From: Lytechinus pictus
Lineage: Eukaryota
Assembly (NCBI RefSeq): GCF_037042905.1
Contig: NC_087252.1
Coordinates: 7,690,001 to 7,754,000, forward strand
Direction: 5' to 3'
Length of the DNA stretch: 64,000 nucleotides
The notes under the pieces were generated by a model, which was not told where the DNA came from, made no database searches, and saw only the letters and a program-made list of their open reading frames with translations. Positions 13,029 through 26,490 of the stretch are shown here, in pieces. Both the position numbers and the translations under genes were made by a program. The number at the start of each line of letters is the position of its first letter. The first letter of the stretch is position 1.

Positions 13029-13858
13029 TATGATTACCAATATAACCAAATCCCAATGAATGAATTTCGTACTAATTATTCTGTATATTGCCTGTTTGGC
13101 ATCTACTGTTGAATACAGTGAGCAAAAAATGATGTTGATAAATACCAATACGATGAATACCAATAAATACCAGATTAAATATCACACTTTATTGGCATGA
13201 CAAAGTAAGAAAAGTAAAATGAGTTAATTATAGAACCACAAGTTCTTTGTGTTGTCTACTAGTATAACGAATTTACTGAACTGTGGTTACCATCTCTGAA
13301 ACTTCGAAGTCTCGAGTTGAAATATGATGACATCTGAGATGATTCATCCAGTACTCTTACTTGGTCAGTAAGTAAATATCGAATCCCGACAACAAACGAT
13401 ATACTGGCATATAGATGATAGAGAAATAACACAAGTTGGGATATAACCCTTCACGGTATTACAAAGTTATATAGTTCTTCCAAAACTAGTGATGGGTTGG
13501 GAGTGATGCCGTCTTTTTACACCAGAAACGAAATCTGTCAAGTTCCGGGGAGAAAGTGCGAGTATTGCACGCATGGTCAGCAAGGCGGTCTCTGCCTAAT
13601 CCCCGAGTAACGGTGATTACGTAACGTTATCCCGAAATGTGGATTTGGTCAGGTCGTTAGGGTCGTTATCCCGTAAATCTGTTCAATCTGACGAGGGGAT
13701 GGGGGGAGAGTGATGGTGAATGGTCAGGATGAAGATGATGGTGATCTAATCAGAGGGATTTCCCAAAATATTATCACGCTCTCTCATCTGACTCCTCTTC
13801 CTTTCTCGTTTTTTTCCTGCTCCCATCACGTTTTCTCCCACTCTCTCCCACACTCCAT

Positions 13859-13889
<31 letters not shown>

Positions 13890-16039
13890 CATCTCGATCT
13901 CTCGGTCTAAGATTCACTGAAATATATTGAAATACAATTTGAAATGGACAATAATAATGTTTCTGCCATCTTCGTCACTCTGTCCCCTTCTTCTGAAAAT
14001 GACGAGATCACGAAAAGAGCTAGAGCAAAGAGAGGAGGATGTGATGGGTGTTGGGTAATCTATTGTTTTATTGTTATTTCTTTTATTTTAGTTTTATTTT
14101 CATAGGGGCCCTGAAATAAAAAGATCAATTGTACACAATTCACTGATACAAAACATTAAGGTATTGTGTTAGTCACATTTCCAGAAATATGAAACAATAT
14201 AAAGTTCATAATTGGGCTTATATCGATGACCAAGGAGCCCGCCAAGGAGCTTCAAACAAGAAGCTCCTTGCTATGATCAAGTTAACGACCGCATATATTT
14301 TGACCAAACAAACACCCCTAAAATCCCAATGAAAATACACAAGTGGCGAACCACGTCATTATTTTGTTGACGAAAATGCAAAATAAAAATCGAACTATTG
14401 GAACGTCACGCATTCTCTTCTCATTACGGGGGCTCAACTAATTAAAGCACCCCACTCCGATTTTTTTCCGGTCCACGAACTTTCAAGAATAGGCCTGGAC
14501 CTTGAGTTCACTGCACTATCATTAGACCGGGCCGTGGACCTAAACACAATGGTCCCATGCTATCATTATCTGTGGACCCATAATAGCAGGTCCTTTTTGT
14601 CGATCGAAATGTGTCGCAAATGGTTGACTTGCTGCGGATTGAAAAATGGAAAGAGAATAGAGACTCAGGCGACGAGCTCGTTATCTCATATGAACAATAG
14701 TTAACAAGACAATAACTGTTGTATCATTTTGGAAAAGCGATTGGCCAGTATCGATTTGACATAACGACCAAATCAAACGAAAAATGCCGCTCATCGCGAG
14801 GACGATTGAATTTTCGAATACTCACTGCGCAGTTTCAAAATTGGATGTAAAATAAGAAAGCTATGACGTATTGCCGGGATGGACCTAATTTTTAAAGGGG
14901 GACTGGTTTTATTTTCATTTCCAAGTTGTTTGTGATGCGAAATCTCATCAGCCCCCCCCCCCTCCCCCCACCCGGGTACCATACCTTACTAAGGCACAGT
15001 CCCGGCAAAATAAGTTATGACATATCGATTCTATTTATTTAATTATATTTATTCAAAATAACGTTTTGGCCAGGGCGAACTGGTTTTGAAAAGGTCTGTT
15101 TTTCTGTTCATTTCCAAGTTGTTTGTGCAGCTAAAATCCCACGAGCCCGCCCCCCGCCACTCCGTCCCTTCTCCCGCGTCCTTTCATGGTCCTATTACCA
15201 ACATACCTCGAGAGCAGCTGGTGCATAATGCCCCCCCCCCCACAACAACAATACCGGCAACCATGGGCGGAAATCCAAGGGGGGACGCGTCCCCCTATAC
15301 CATTTTGGAAAGGGGGGGACATAATATCAAATGTCCCCCTACTATTTGTGGTCTTTTATTATGGAAAAAAATACATAAGTCCAAATTGAAATTATACACA
15401 TGTATCCTCGAATTTCGAAATAAATATAAACAGATAGTTTTTGTTAAGAACTTGGATAGGAAAAGAAAAGGCATACCGGCCCGACTATTCTCGAACTCGC
15501 ATCTAGCCCTATATGCCAGCCAAAGAGTGATGACATTGGCATCGATGCCCATTGTCAATTTCATAACTAATAAAAATGACGAAAAAAGAAAATCGCCCCT
15601 GGATACTTATAAGTAAATGTAGTGTATAGATGGTAGACGAGAATGTTCCATACCCTGTAAAACATACCTTTGTTCAACCAATTCATTTTCCCTTTATTCC
15701 AAATTTACTTGGAATATATATAAGAATATTTTCATTGTTCGCGTACTCAGTAAAAAGAATAGTTTTCATGAGTTATGATTAATCCTTCGCAGTGAATTTA
15801 ACTATGTTTTTTTTTTGTATTTAAATACTCTATTAACGAGACTTTTATATTCCATTTTTACACAAAAATCCTGCCGTACGTGGAAGGGGTCATCAGATCA
15901 AAGGGGCGAAGCGGCGGCCAGCCTCCTATTGGCGGCGCAAAATAGGAAGGTGAGGAGAAAAATAAGAAGAAGATAGGACGAGGAAGAAAATTAAATGATG
16001 GAAGAGGAGGGGAATAATCAAAAGAGAAAACTTTCAGGT

Positions 16040-17105
16040 CATTGTATAAAAATAAAAAAATTCGCTCGCACTTTGCATTAATACACAGCCATCTCTTTAT
16101 TTCAAAACGTGCTTAAATTTTTTCTTTCACTTTTTAGATCGAAATATATAAAATCAAATCATTTATTTAGGAAGATATCGATCTTTATCATAATTTGTAG
16201 GTTTAAATCTTTAAAAAAATTAGCTCGCGCTTTGCGCTCGTATTGTTTATTAAAATAAACTGCTTGTTCTTTATTCCAAAAGTGCTTGAAAGATCCAGTT
16301 TTCGCATTAATTGTTTAGATTCCTATCCTGTTCACAATTTTTTTAAAGTACTAAGAATGTCCAATTTAGGTTGGAAAATCAAAAACTTTCACCTCTTGCT
16401 TCGCGCTCGCATTAATTGTTTCCTGTTCATAATTCTTTATTTAAAGTACTAAGAATGTCTAGTATTTAGGATGGAAAATAAAAAACTTTCAGCTCGCGCT
16501 TCGCGCTCGCATTAATTGATTAGATTCCTATCCTGTTCATATTTTTTTTAAGGCGCTATGAATGTCCAGTTGTTAGGTTGGAAAATAAAAAACTTTCAGC
16601 TCGCGCTTCGCGCTCGCATTCATTGTTTAGATTCCTATTCCGTTCATTATTAAGTGCTAAGACTTTCCAGTTTTTAGGTTGGAAAATCAAAAACTTTTAG
16701 CTCGCGCTTCACGCTCGCATTAATTGTTTAGATTCCTATCTTGTTCATATTCTTTTTAAAGTGCTATGAATGTCCAGTATTTAGGTTGGAAAATCAAAAA
16801 CTTTCTGCTCGCATCTATTATTTAGTTAAATTCCTATTCTGTTCATGATTTGAAAAAGTGTTACGAATGTTCATGTTTTAGGTACTTCCTATCCTGTTTA
16901 TAATTTGAAAAAGTGTTACGAATGTCCAGTTTTTAGGTTGGAAAATCAAAAACTTTCGGCTCGCGCTTCGCGCTCGCATTAATGGTTTAGGTAGGTTCGA
17001 ATCTAGTTCATGATTACAAAAACACGTTTAGACTGTTCAATGTCCAGGTCACAATTTAGGAAATAACAACATATGTGGGCTCGTGCTTCGCGCTCGCATT
17101 ATTTA
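16040..17105. repeat. Tandem repeat of about 105 bp (core GCTCGCGCTTCGCGCTCGCATT) inside a hAT-like dispersed element
   Basis: Core recurs at 16492, 16599, 16700 and further on; same family at about 56140-56720 and 58030-59510. Confidence 0.85.
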
Positions 17106-17164
17106 TTGAGGCCTTTCATCTTTAGTCAGGAATACCTCCCCTCTTCGAAATATGTATTTATAGG

Positions 17165-17210
<46 letters not shown>

Positions 17211-19050
17211 TATATATGTGTGTGTGTGATGGTGTGTGTGTGTTTGTGTTAGTAACTCTGTAGAACATAAAAACGGAAAACTCAATTGTGTCCCCCCTAT
17301 CTTCAAGGAGAGATTTCCGCCCATGCCGGCAACAAATTTTGATGCAATGCGCAATATCTAAAAAGTCTTCAATCAATAATTACGTACGTTCGACACTCTG
17401 TCTACTCTTTTAAGGGACTCGGTAGGTAAAATCGCCATTATTCTAATAATAATATATATAAAAATACAAAATAATTTGGTGAATAGTCTTAGGACTGAGA
17501 CCCCCCCCCCCCCTTCCTTCAATACGCAGTAATCAACAGGCAATTATGTCTTCTAAATTGTCTCCCTGACAAATAGATATTTTTGTACTTTTCTTTATTA
17601 CGTATACTAGTATATTAATTTTTACTTATACATGTATGTAATGATTTTGTATCATTTTTTTCTGCTGGAAATAAAATTGAATTTGAAAAGGTTTGTTTGT
17701 AGTTCACAAATTAGAAAAGTGGGCAACTTAATGACTAGTCTACAAATGTAGACCCACATCTGCAGTGTGTGTTTCACGCTTGATTCAAGGAGTCTGCATA
17801 GCAGACTAGGTCTACTGTGTCTGAAATAGCTCGCTTCGCTCGTCCTTTCGCGCTGAGATCCCACCCCACGAACCATGGTGGTTTGTGATAATGCAATGGG
17901 ATGCTGGTCGTCATTGTATGACCACGCCCCTTTGATAACACAATCAAACTGTCATCCTCGCTCCAATGAACAATAGAATGAGAATCAATTACCATGTACT
18001 TTGAACAATAAACGGCACAATGCACCCTCACCCTCGGGGTGTGTGTTTTCATATCTCCAGGGTGGACAGTCACACCCATCAAAACTGGCCTCAGATCTGC
18101 GAATTCTATTCCGTTATTTCCGATGACATTACTATCGGTTGGTTGAGTCGATTTCATTGGTGTGACGGTTTGCATATCGGCCTCAGATTCTCGACATCGT
18201 CAAGAAGAAGAAGAAGAAGAGAAAAAGAATGAGAAGTAAAAGAAGATGAAGAAAAAGATGATGATGAAGAAGAAGAAGATGAAGAAAAGAACGATGAAGA
18301 AGAAGAAGAGAAAAAAGAAGGAGAAGAAGAAGAAAGATAATGAAAAAACGAGTTTTTGTTAAAATAATTATTATCAAGCCATTATCCTCACATTTGAGAA
18401 AATGACACCAAAATAATAGCGAGTAACAGAAGTTAGGGGGGGGGATGATCACCATTGCTAAAAGATTCATAAATTATATTTGTACAATATATTTCTTTTG
18501 AATGCAGTTCTTTGTATTTTTCTTCCCGTTATATAGTTTCCATGACCTTCATTGGTGTGATCGCTTTTGTTTTGATAAGATACATATTTTCTTCTCTACT
18601 ATTACTGGTCTGGAATAGCGAAATAAAATGCAATTGAGTGGTCTATTATTTTCCTCCCACATCCATGACATCAAATGGGGTGTTAAAAAACAACATCTTT
18701 GTTCACTCTTAGACACTTCTCCACGAGGGGAACCAGACGGGGTATACGGGGCATGTACCCCCGTTTTAAAAAGGAGTATGACATTTCTACTGATTTTCCT
18801 GGTATCCACCCCAAGAGTGTTAACCAGTGGAGTATCTGACAAGCCCCCCCCCCCCTCAACAATAATAATATATCAAAGGTCGCCGTCATTTCAGGCAGCG
18901 CTTTCCTAACCAAAGTTTTTTTGACAACTAAAAAAAATGAATAAAAAGGTTGTTTTGGGATCCTTTGCCCTCTGCCCCCTTTTCAGGTACGCTGATGGTG
19001 TCAGTAACCCTTAAAAGAGATTTCCGACGAAACTTTAATAGATTGTGTCC

Positions 19051-19340
19051 CAGTGGCGTACAGATTGGGTGGGGCATTGGGGGCGCTTGCTCCCCCTCCC
19101 AAGAAAAAAAGATTAACGACCAAGAAAAAAAAGAAAGAGAAAAGAAAAGGAAAGGGAGAACTGTAAAATATGGTATTATTTTCTGAATATTATGTCAAAA
19201 TCTATCACAAAATTTGATTTTTGAAATAAAAATGTCAAAATTTTTGCTTGCACAATTCGCTCTCTCGAAACTTTGTAGAAATTTTGCCCCATTCACCATA
19301 TCTAGTCCCCTCAAAATCTGTTGGCTCGTTACGCCCCTGG
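19051..19340. mobile_element. hAT-like MITE immediately upstream of the Ig gene start
   Basis: CAGTGGCGTA...TACGCCCCTG termini; TTGTGTCC repeated on both sides (8 bp, with a one-base offset). Confidence 0.65.
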
Positions 19341-19527
19341 TTGTGTCCACCGGTTATTGATGTCTCGAATTCGCCCGTCCTCAGCCAAGAATTCTTTACT
19401 CCGAGTTGCAGTGCTGTACTGGAATTGGTTTTGACTTTATGTATTGTTAGGTGTGACATTTCACAAACTGAAAGCGAAGTGAATGTTTAATTGAAAACTG
19501 TATGATCGTGTCATTTTGATTTTCAAG

Positions 19528-19576
19528 ATGGATTGTGGTATTATTCGAATGTTTCTTATTGCTTTCTGTGTGCATG
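19528..19576 (+). CDS. Three-Ig-domain, probably GPI-anchored protein, exon 1 (signal peptide)
   Basis: aagATG at 19528, MDCGIIRMFLIAFCVH, donor G|GTAAGT at 19576/19577; phase 1. Confidence 0.7.
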
Positions 19577-19869
19577 GTAAGTCTATTTTTCATTTGTTGA
19601 AATATTACAAAATTTCTTTAGAAATTAAAAAAAGTTTACATCATTTTCAAGGGGGTGGGGGTAGAGACATTAGAAAAATAGGCCTATTAGATCTTTTTAA
19701 CTCAAACTTCGAGAAATTGTTTATCACGCTATCTGGTGAATTATACTGTATCAATTAAGAATTATCTCTGGGCCAATTACCCCATAATTGAAAGGATTTG
19801 TTTTGATAATCTTTATCATATTCATTCTTTTTTTTTCTTTCCCCTTTTTCTCACGTGATCCTGTTTCAG

Positions 19870-19884
19870 TTTGCACAGCTCAAG
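19870..19884 (+). CDS. Ig protein exon 2, 15-nt microexon ending the signal peptide (VCTAQ)
   Basis: Long pyrimidine tract then tttcAG (19868-19869), TTTGCACAGCTCAAG, donor GTGAGT at 19885; phase 1-1. Confidence 0.65.
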
Positions 19885-20156
19885 GTGAGTAAGTTTCGTT
19901 TGGTTTCAACATGGACCTATTTCGTAATAGGTCCATGGTTTCAATTTGTTCCGGCCCTTATAATGTGACATCTTCTTGCCATTTTGAATGCAATAAACCT
20001 TTTGAAATTTTCAACAACTTTCAACTATACATGTATTTATGAATAAAGTTCGAAAATGAAGTACTTCGGAAATAAAATAATTGTATTTGATAGATGTTAG
20101 AACTTGGAAAACAAAAGCATACTAATATTTGATAATTCAGGACAACTTAATTATGC

Positions 20157-21016
20157 ACACTTAAAATTCTAGGCAACATATACTATCCACTGTGTTGGGT
20201 AATGTATGTTGGTTTAAAAAAATATATATATTTTGGGCAATTATTATCCAATTGAGAAAATTTATTACCCAATTATTTTTATTACCCAAATTTAGGCATA
20301 TTTTAACCAATAGTTGTGTGAACAGTATGTTGCCCAGGGTTGCTTAAAAGTTGGGCATTTTTTGCCCAACTATTTTAAGAGTGTATTAAGAAAATTTAAA
20401 CAATTGCTTATATCTATCCCAAACTCAGAAACGATTTATAGGACATACACGTAATAAATAAAAGTTTGTGGTTCAGTGTTACAAATATTAATTTGTTGAT
20501 ATGCGACGAAGAATATTGTTATTCCGAAAAACATTTTTAAATCCAAAATAACCCAATTAATATAGAAAAAAAATCTATTTTGCCACTATGTCAAAATACT
20601 TAGATCTACATTTAAATCATCTGACCATTTTTACACTGTTTTGCTTGTGATAAATCTTAACATATCCTTAAATTAGTTTGGAATAGCAGTATTTAGTCAT
20701 TTTGTATAAGTCATAAATCTCTTTAAACTGTTGAAATCATCAGGTCCATCATTTACATAAATTGTTCGTATATACATATACAGAGCAAAAACTGTGGTGT
20801 TAACCGGTGTACATAGAGGACCACACCAGCTATTTTACACCGGTGTTAAATTGACAGTGTTAGTTTAACGCCTTTAGGTGTTATTATAACACCATGGTTG
20901 TTATATTTACACTCTTTGGTGTTATGTCCAATCTCTAGGGTGTAATTTTAACACCTCAGGGTGTGGTCCTCTATTAACACCAACTGCATTGTGTCAGTTT
21001 TAACACCACAGTGTAT
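20157..21016. mobile_element. Two degenerate CACTA-type MITEs (about 20157-20384 and 20780-21016)
   Basis: CACACTTAAAA...TTTTAAGAGTG and AAAACTGTGGTGTTAA...TTAACACCACAGT inverted ends; the second resembles the 252-525 family. Confidence 0.5.
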
Positions 21017-21319
21017 ATTTACCGTTTATGACATCCTGCAATTTGAAAATATCGTTGAAAATGACAATTGAAAAGTGTATGATTTTTAATCTTTAGTTTT
21101 TTCTGTGTTTTTTTTTCTTCACCAAAGTCATACGCGATTTCCCCATAAAATAAAAGATTCGCGACGCTGCCACAATGATGAAATGATGTAGAGATTAATG
21201 TATCTGGTAAAACTGTTTAATGTAATACCCGCTAATCAACAGTTTTCATTTAAAATAACAATAAACGATAGTCAGAAACGAAAAATAAATGATATAAAAG
21301 ATAACATTATTAAGATAGT

Positions 21320-23632
21320 CGTCACTCGTCAAGCTAATGAAGGAACGTGATAAGGTTCTAAAAAGAGGTAAAGCTAACAAAAATAATGATATTTGGGACA
21401 CATACAAATTCCTGAAAAATAAAGTTATTCATCTCATGAGAAAAAGTAAAAAAGAATATAATGCAAACCAGATTTTCACAAAATCATAACAATAGTAAGA
21501 AAATGTGGAGATGTTTGAGAGAACTTGTGCCCAAGTCATTACCTATTCTCCCAACATCATAAACGTAAATGGAACAGATGTATCGGGCAATGCAAATATT
21601 GCTGAAGCATTTTATGAATTTTTCATTTCAAATGCTACTAATATTTCTAAGGACCTGCAAAGGAATACGTCTCAACAGAGAGTTCAAGTAGAAGATGATA
21701 CAAATGTCCATGGTTCAATTCACTCTCAATTTGAGCTAAAGTTGATTACTAGAGATTTTGTTTTGAAACAGATTGATAATCTGTATAGATAATCAACTGG
21801 GGAAGATCATGTCAGCTGCAAACTTTTAAAAATGACAAAAAATGTTATCGCAGAGTCCCTTTGTGATATTATTAACAAATCCCTTTCTACTGGAGTTGTT
21901 CCTCGTGAATGGAAAAAGGCTCGGGTAGTACCAATATTTAAATCTGCTGATATGTCTTCGTTGAATAACTACTGCCCCATTTCTATATATATTACCAATC
22001 GTGAGTAAAATTTTAGAAAGGGCTGTTCACCAACAGCTCAGTGAATTCTTGGACGTGAATGATTTATTACACCCAAATCAATCTGGTTTTCGGCCTATGC
22101 ATTCAACAACTACTGCCCTTGCAAAACTTGTAAATCAGTAGTCGTTAAACATTGATAACAATTTAATTTCTGGAGTTGCGTTCATAGATCTTCGGAAGGC
22201 CTTTGATACCGTGGACCATGAGCTGCTTTTAAAGAAATTAGCTTGCATTGGTTGTAGTAATAGGACTATCACTTGGTTCAAATCATATTTATTTGATCGA
22301 CAACAAGTGACACAAGTCAAAGGAGCCAAATCGCACCCTTCAATCGTCAAATTAGGCGTGCCACAAGGGTCAATTCTAGGTCCCCTTTTATTTTCCATAT
22401 ATGTTAATAGTTTAACTGAATGTTTTCATGAAGGTATCATAGATATGTACGCTGACGACACGACACTTACCGTCCGTGCGAATGATGCGACAGTTTTGGA
22501 AGAAAAATTAACTGTTGCATTAAACAAGGTCATGGCATGGATTAAAGATAATCAGCTCGTCCTCAACACTGAAAAAAACTTGTGTCATGATAATAGGTTC
22601 TCGTGCTAATCTCAGGAAAATAGATTCTTTCACGATTTCGTTAAACGGTGATTTGATAAATAGAGTTCAATTCACCAAATGCTTAGGAGTTTTGATAGAT
22701 GAAGAACTGAAATGGTCAAAACAAATTGAAAATGTATGTAAACTTACTCAGAAAAGTATTGGCATAATAAAGAGAGCGAAAAGTTCTTTGCCTGCGCAGT
22801 CCTTAAAGTGGCTTTATAACAGTTTAGTGTTGCCAAGATTTGATTACTATTCTGCTGTATGGTCGAATAGATTTCAATCCCATACAATTAAGCTGCAAAA
22901 AATTCAGAAGAGGGCTGCAAGAATAATATTGAACAAGACATACGACACATGCACCGTCGGCTGATTTGTTCGCAAGACTTAAATGGATGACACTAGACAA
23001 ACGATTTGAACTCAGTCGCGTTTTGATGATATATAAATGTGTTCATAATTTAGCACCTTCTTACCTTCAGGTAAACTTAGCCAATCTAATTGATGTACAT
23101 GAACATCATACCAGACAGAGAGACAGTGGATATTTACGCGTGCCCAAGTTTCGCACTGATTGTTAGAAGTGTAGTCCAATTGTTTCTTCAATATTTGAAT
23201 GGAATAAGCTTGATAATTCAATTAGAACAGCTCCTTCTGTCATTTCATGTAAGAGAATTTTTAAAAGAACTTGTAATTTATAAATAACTTGCGGAACATC
23301 CACTGTTGTGCGTATTTTGTGTTAGCATGACCTTGATGATTTGGTGTATATCATCAGTATTTTCAAGATGTCGTTCTTAGTTAATTTGATTTATTGATAT
23401 TTGATTATACGTCAAACGAGTGTCCGTCTGCGTTTTGTTTGCTGCTAAGTTTGTTAATGTTTCGTTTTACATTCAAATCCTAATGTGAATTTTAATGCCG
23501 TAACATTCTACGTTATGCATTTTGTAAATATGTTTTATTGTTATTCAGGGCCCCATGGAAGACCACTACTTATTGGTGAATGGGCTACCCTGTCAAAATA
23601 TCAGATATAAATAAATAAATGAATAAAATAAA
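21320..23632 (+). mobile_element. 5'-truncated, decayed CR1/L2-group LINE (reverse transcriptase pseudogene) in Ig gene intron 2
   Basis: RT motifs across shifted frames: VPREWKKARVVPIFK, HPNQSGFR, FIDLRKAFDTVDH, GVPQGSILGPLLF, MYADDTTL, LQKIQKRAARII. Several stops and frameshifts; 3' end GGGCTACCCTG plus (TAAA)n tail. Confidence 0.92.
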
Positions 23633-24740
23633 TAGTACTATAAAGTTTAAAGTAAAACCTTCCCACGTCGAGAGAATGATTTCGATTCGAATAATGCGGT
23701 TGTGGCAATTTAAAGAAAATAGCATTGAGCTTTATGTTTACACAGAAAAAACTGCTATTCTTTATTTTCCATGTTGCCATAGTTTCGTTCTTGGTTTATA
23801 ATCCTTGTTCTGTGTACCGTCTATTCTTTTACACACCTCTGTTATACACATCGTTTGTACTCTTGTGTATGATACACAATTTGACTTTTCACCATTTTTT
23901 TGTGAACTTATTGTTTACGCGGTGGCGTTGCGCCGCGGCGCCTATTCGCATATTCGGGAGTGAGAAAAAGCAAGAACACTTGTGCCACTCATGCTGCCGG
24001 AATGATCAGGACGGATCTAGGATTTTCCAGGGGAGGGGGTATATTTTCCCAAGGAAAATTTCACAAGCCAAGAAAAAAAATTTCACCCAAAATTCAAGGT
24101 TATTCCGTTCACGAAAAAAAAATGACAAGCAAATAAAAAACGTCCTCGCTTTCAAAGGGGAGGGGGGGGGCGCACACTCGTGTACGTTACAAATTTTGAT
24201 TGTGCCTCTCAAGGGGGGGGGGGGGGGCACGGGCCAGCTGTGCCCCCTGGATCCGCTAGTGTTCTACATATCAATTTAGTAAACCTTTGGAATGTAATAT
24301 TCACGTTTTCTAAAGCGACTTACCTTTATGTCTATTTCCGCTTACTCCGTAATATAAAATCACACATCTGTTTACAAGTCATATGATGAAATTCTGGTTT
24401 GTTGGTTTATATTGCTCTCATCTCTTGTCAATTGTTAGAGATCATAAAAATATGTTTTATCCAAAATACCAGACTTCCGCCCCTTCAAATTTTTGTCATT
24501 TCGTGAATGCTGGACCAAAATGATCTTCAATTTAGAAATAACGTTGAATTTCCTTGTTTTGTATTTGAGTTTGTCTGAATAAAACTTCCCCCCAATAAAT
24601 TCGTTTGTAATTTCTTTTTTTTTCTCGATTTCTACAGGAGGCATTCGCACAAGAAAGTGCGGTACTCATGCAATCGTATTTTCTAAAGGTAATATAAAAT
24701 CAATAATTGATAATGATGTTGATATTTTATAACTTTTCAG

Positions 24741-24889
24741 TTGTCATCGATGTATCGGCAACCTCTGAGGGTGACATTGTCCTGACTTGCTCGGTAGATG
24801 GCGCTTTCGAGGCTCTGGTCCAATGGTCAACAAACAGGACAGGGAGTCTGATGAATATCACTGGTGGAGATGATTTTAGTCACTTGGAG
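24741..24889 (+). CDS. Ig protein exon 3 (Ig1, N-terminal half)
   Basis: Acceptor ttttcAG; encodes VVIDVSATSEGDIVLTCSVDGAFEALVQWS...SHLE with the B-strand Cys and C-strand Trp; donor GAG|GTATAG; phase 1 to 0. Confidence 0.8.
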
Positions 24890-25282
24890 GTATAGGGGCC
24901 ACAATTATATCATGGGGTGTTTCCGAGATATCATAAAATAAGGGGCAGGCAACTACAATAGAAATACTTTACTAAAATGGGTTGCGTTTTCTACTGAACA
25001 TGCACTCAGACAAGATACCCCCCCCCCCCAGCAGGCCAAGAGGGAAGAAAATACAAGTTCATAGGGATTCATCGAATTATATCCTAAAAGGACAGATAAA
25101 TTGTCCTAATCAAATGTGCCGGAATGTATATTTGCGGGTGATTGGACCCCCAGTGCCCCCTTATAACCCCCATATAGTTGTTCCGGGCTATAACATGATT
25201 CTTCAAAGGGATTGTTTATTGAACATTTTGTTAGTGATATCTATGATTACTGAATAATGTTGTAAATTTATTTATTCATTTA

Positions 25283-25313
<31 letters not shown>

Positions 25314-25847
25314 GGGGGGGGGGGGGGGGGCGGGACAAACCTCTCTCATACAGGCTTCTTTACAATATTCGATGGGGCCCTCACCCTATCTCCCCGGAAT
25401 CGCCCAGCAAGCTTTTAATACTGTCACTACTCAAATTTGAAAAACCTTGGTTTTTAAGAATGGACCAACTTCAACCCTGGGTTTAACCATGTAGTATAGG
25501 TCCATGGTTTAACACTATTCCCTATACCCCAAACCGAAACCTAACACAAAACCCTATTGCACACCAGCCCCAACCCTATACACCTTAATTAGAGCAATAA
25601 TTTGTCGCAAGTGCAAATGTCGTGTCACCGTCAAGAGCATTGAAGAAGAGGAAGACCCGATTGTGGGACAAGGGTTAGAAAACAATATTGAGATCCAACG
25701 AGACAGTCAGACAGAGTCAGTAAGAATGTGACGACCCTGCATTAAGCAACCAAGTAGTTGACCATGGTGGTGTCGGTCCAGAGAATAGTCGAAGCTCATA
25801 AAACTAAAATCATCCGACTTTCCTTCTTTTTCCATTTTGCATCAAAG

Positions 25848-25959
25848 GTTTTGCCAAATAGGACGCTTATCATTCGGACAAGCGAAGGCCCGTACTACGG
25901 CTTTTATTTCTGTACACACCCAGCGTCTGGTCGCAACTATACTGCGAGACTAAAACAAG
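25848..25959 (+). CDS. Ig protein exon 4 (Ig1, C-terminal half)
   Basis: Acceptor after a pyrimidine tract; VLPNRTLIIRTSEGPYYGFYFCTH contains the GxYxC motif; donor G|GTGAAG; phase 0 to 1. Confidence 0.8.
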
Positions 25960-26001
25960 GTGAAGAGAAAGAAATAATTATGCAATCTCTACAAGACCTA
26001 G

Positions 26002-26095
<94 letters not shown>

Positions 26096-26161
26096 CATCA
26101 ATCCATCAATCCATCAATCATCAATCATCAATCATCAATCAATCAATCAATCAATCAATCA
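26002..26161. repeat. (CAAT)n microsatellite
   Basis: Direct reading. Confidence 0.95.
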
Positions 26162-26490
26162 AGTAACCAATTACCACAATTGGACATTCAACTTGAAAAT
26201 ATTCAGAATTCATGAATTAGTATAATAAACCCCTCAATTCATCGACGAATTATACAAATGACTTTAATATTTTATTTTGTAAATCAAACTACATAATCAT
26301 AGAAGTCATTCGACAGATTCGAACAAATTCTTAATGACATTGCCTATATTATAGGCCTACATAAAACGATGAACAAACTTTAAAATATTAATTGGTTTAA
26401 TTGTCATCTATAATTTCTTTGATTATTACGATCTATCGTTCCATCAATATGGATGTCTTTCAATATGATTTCCACCAATCAATCTTTCAG

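Noticed and set aside
13029..13163. Hydrophobic N-terminal extension of the 299-aa ORF (apparent signal peptide)
   Set aside because: It starts at a non-ATG codon in AT-rich 5' UTR sequence; the first ATG is at 13028 and the product is a transcription factor
17774..18175. 133-aa minus-strand ORF between Bsx and the Ig gene
   Set aside because: It has no recognisable domain or supporting exon structure
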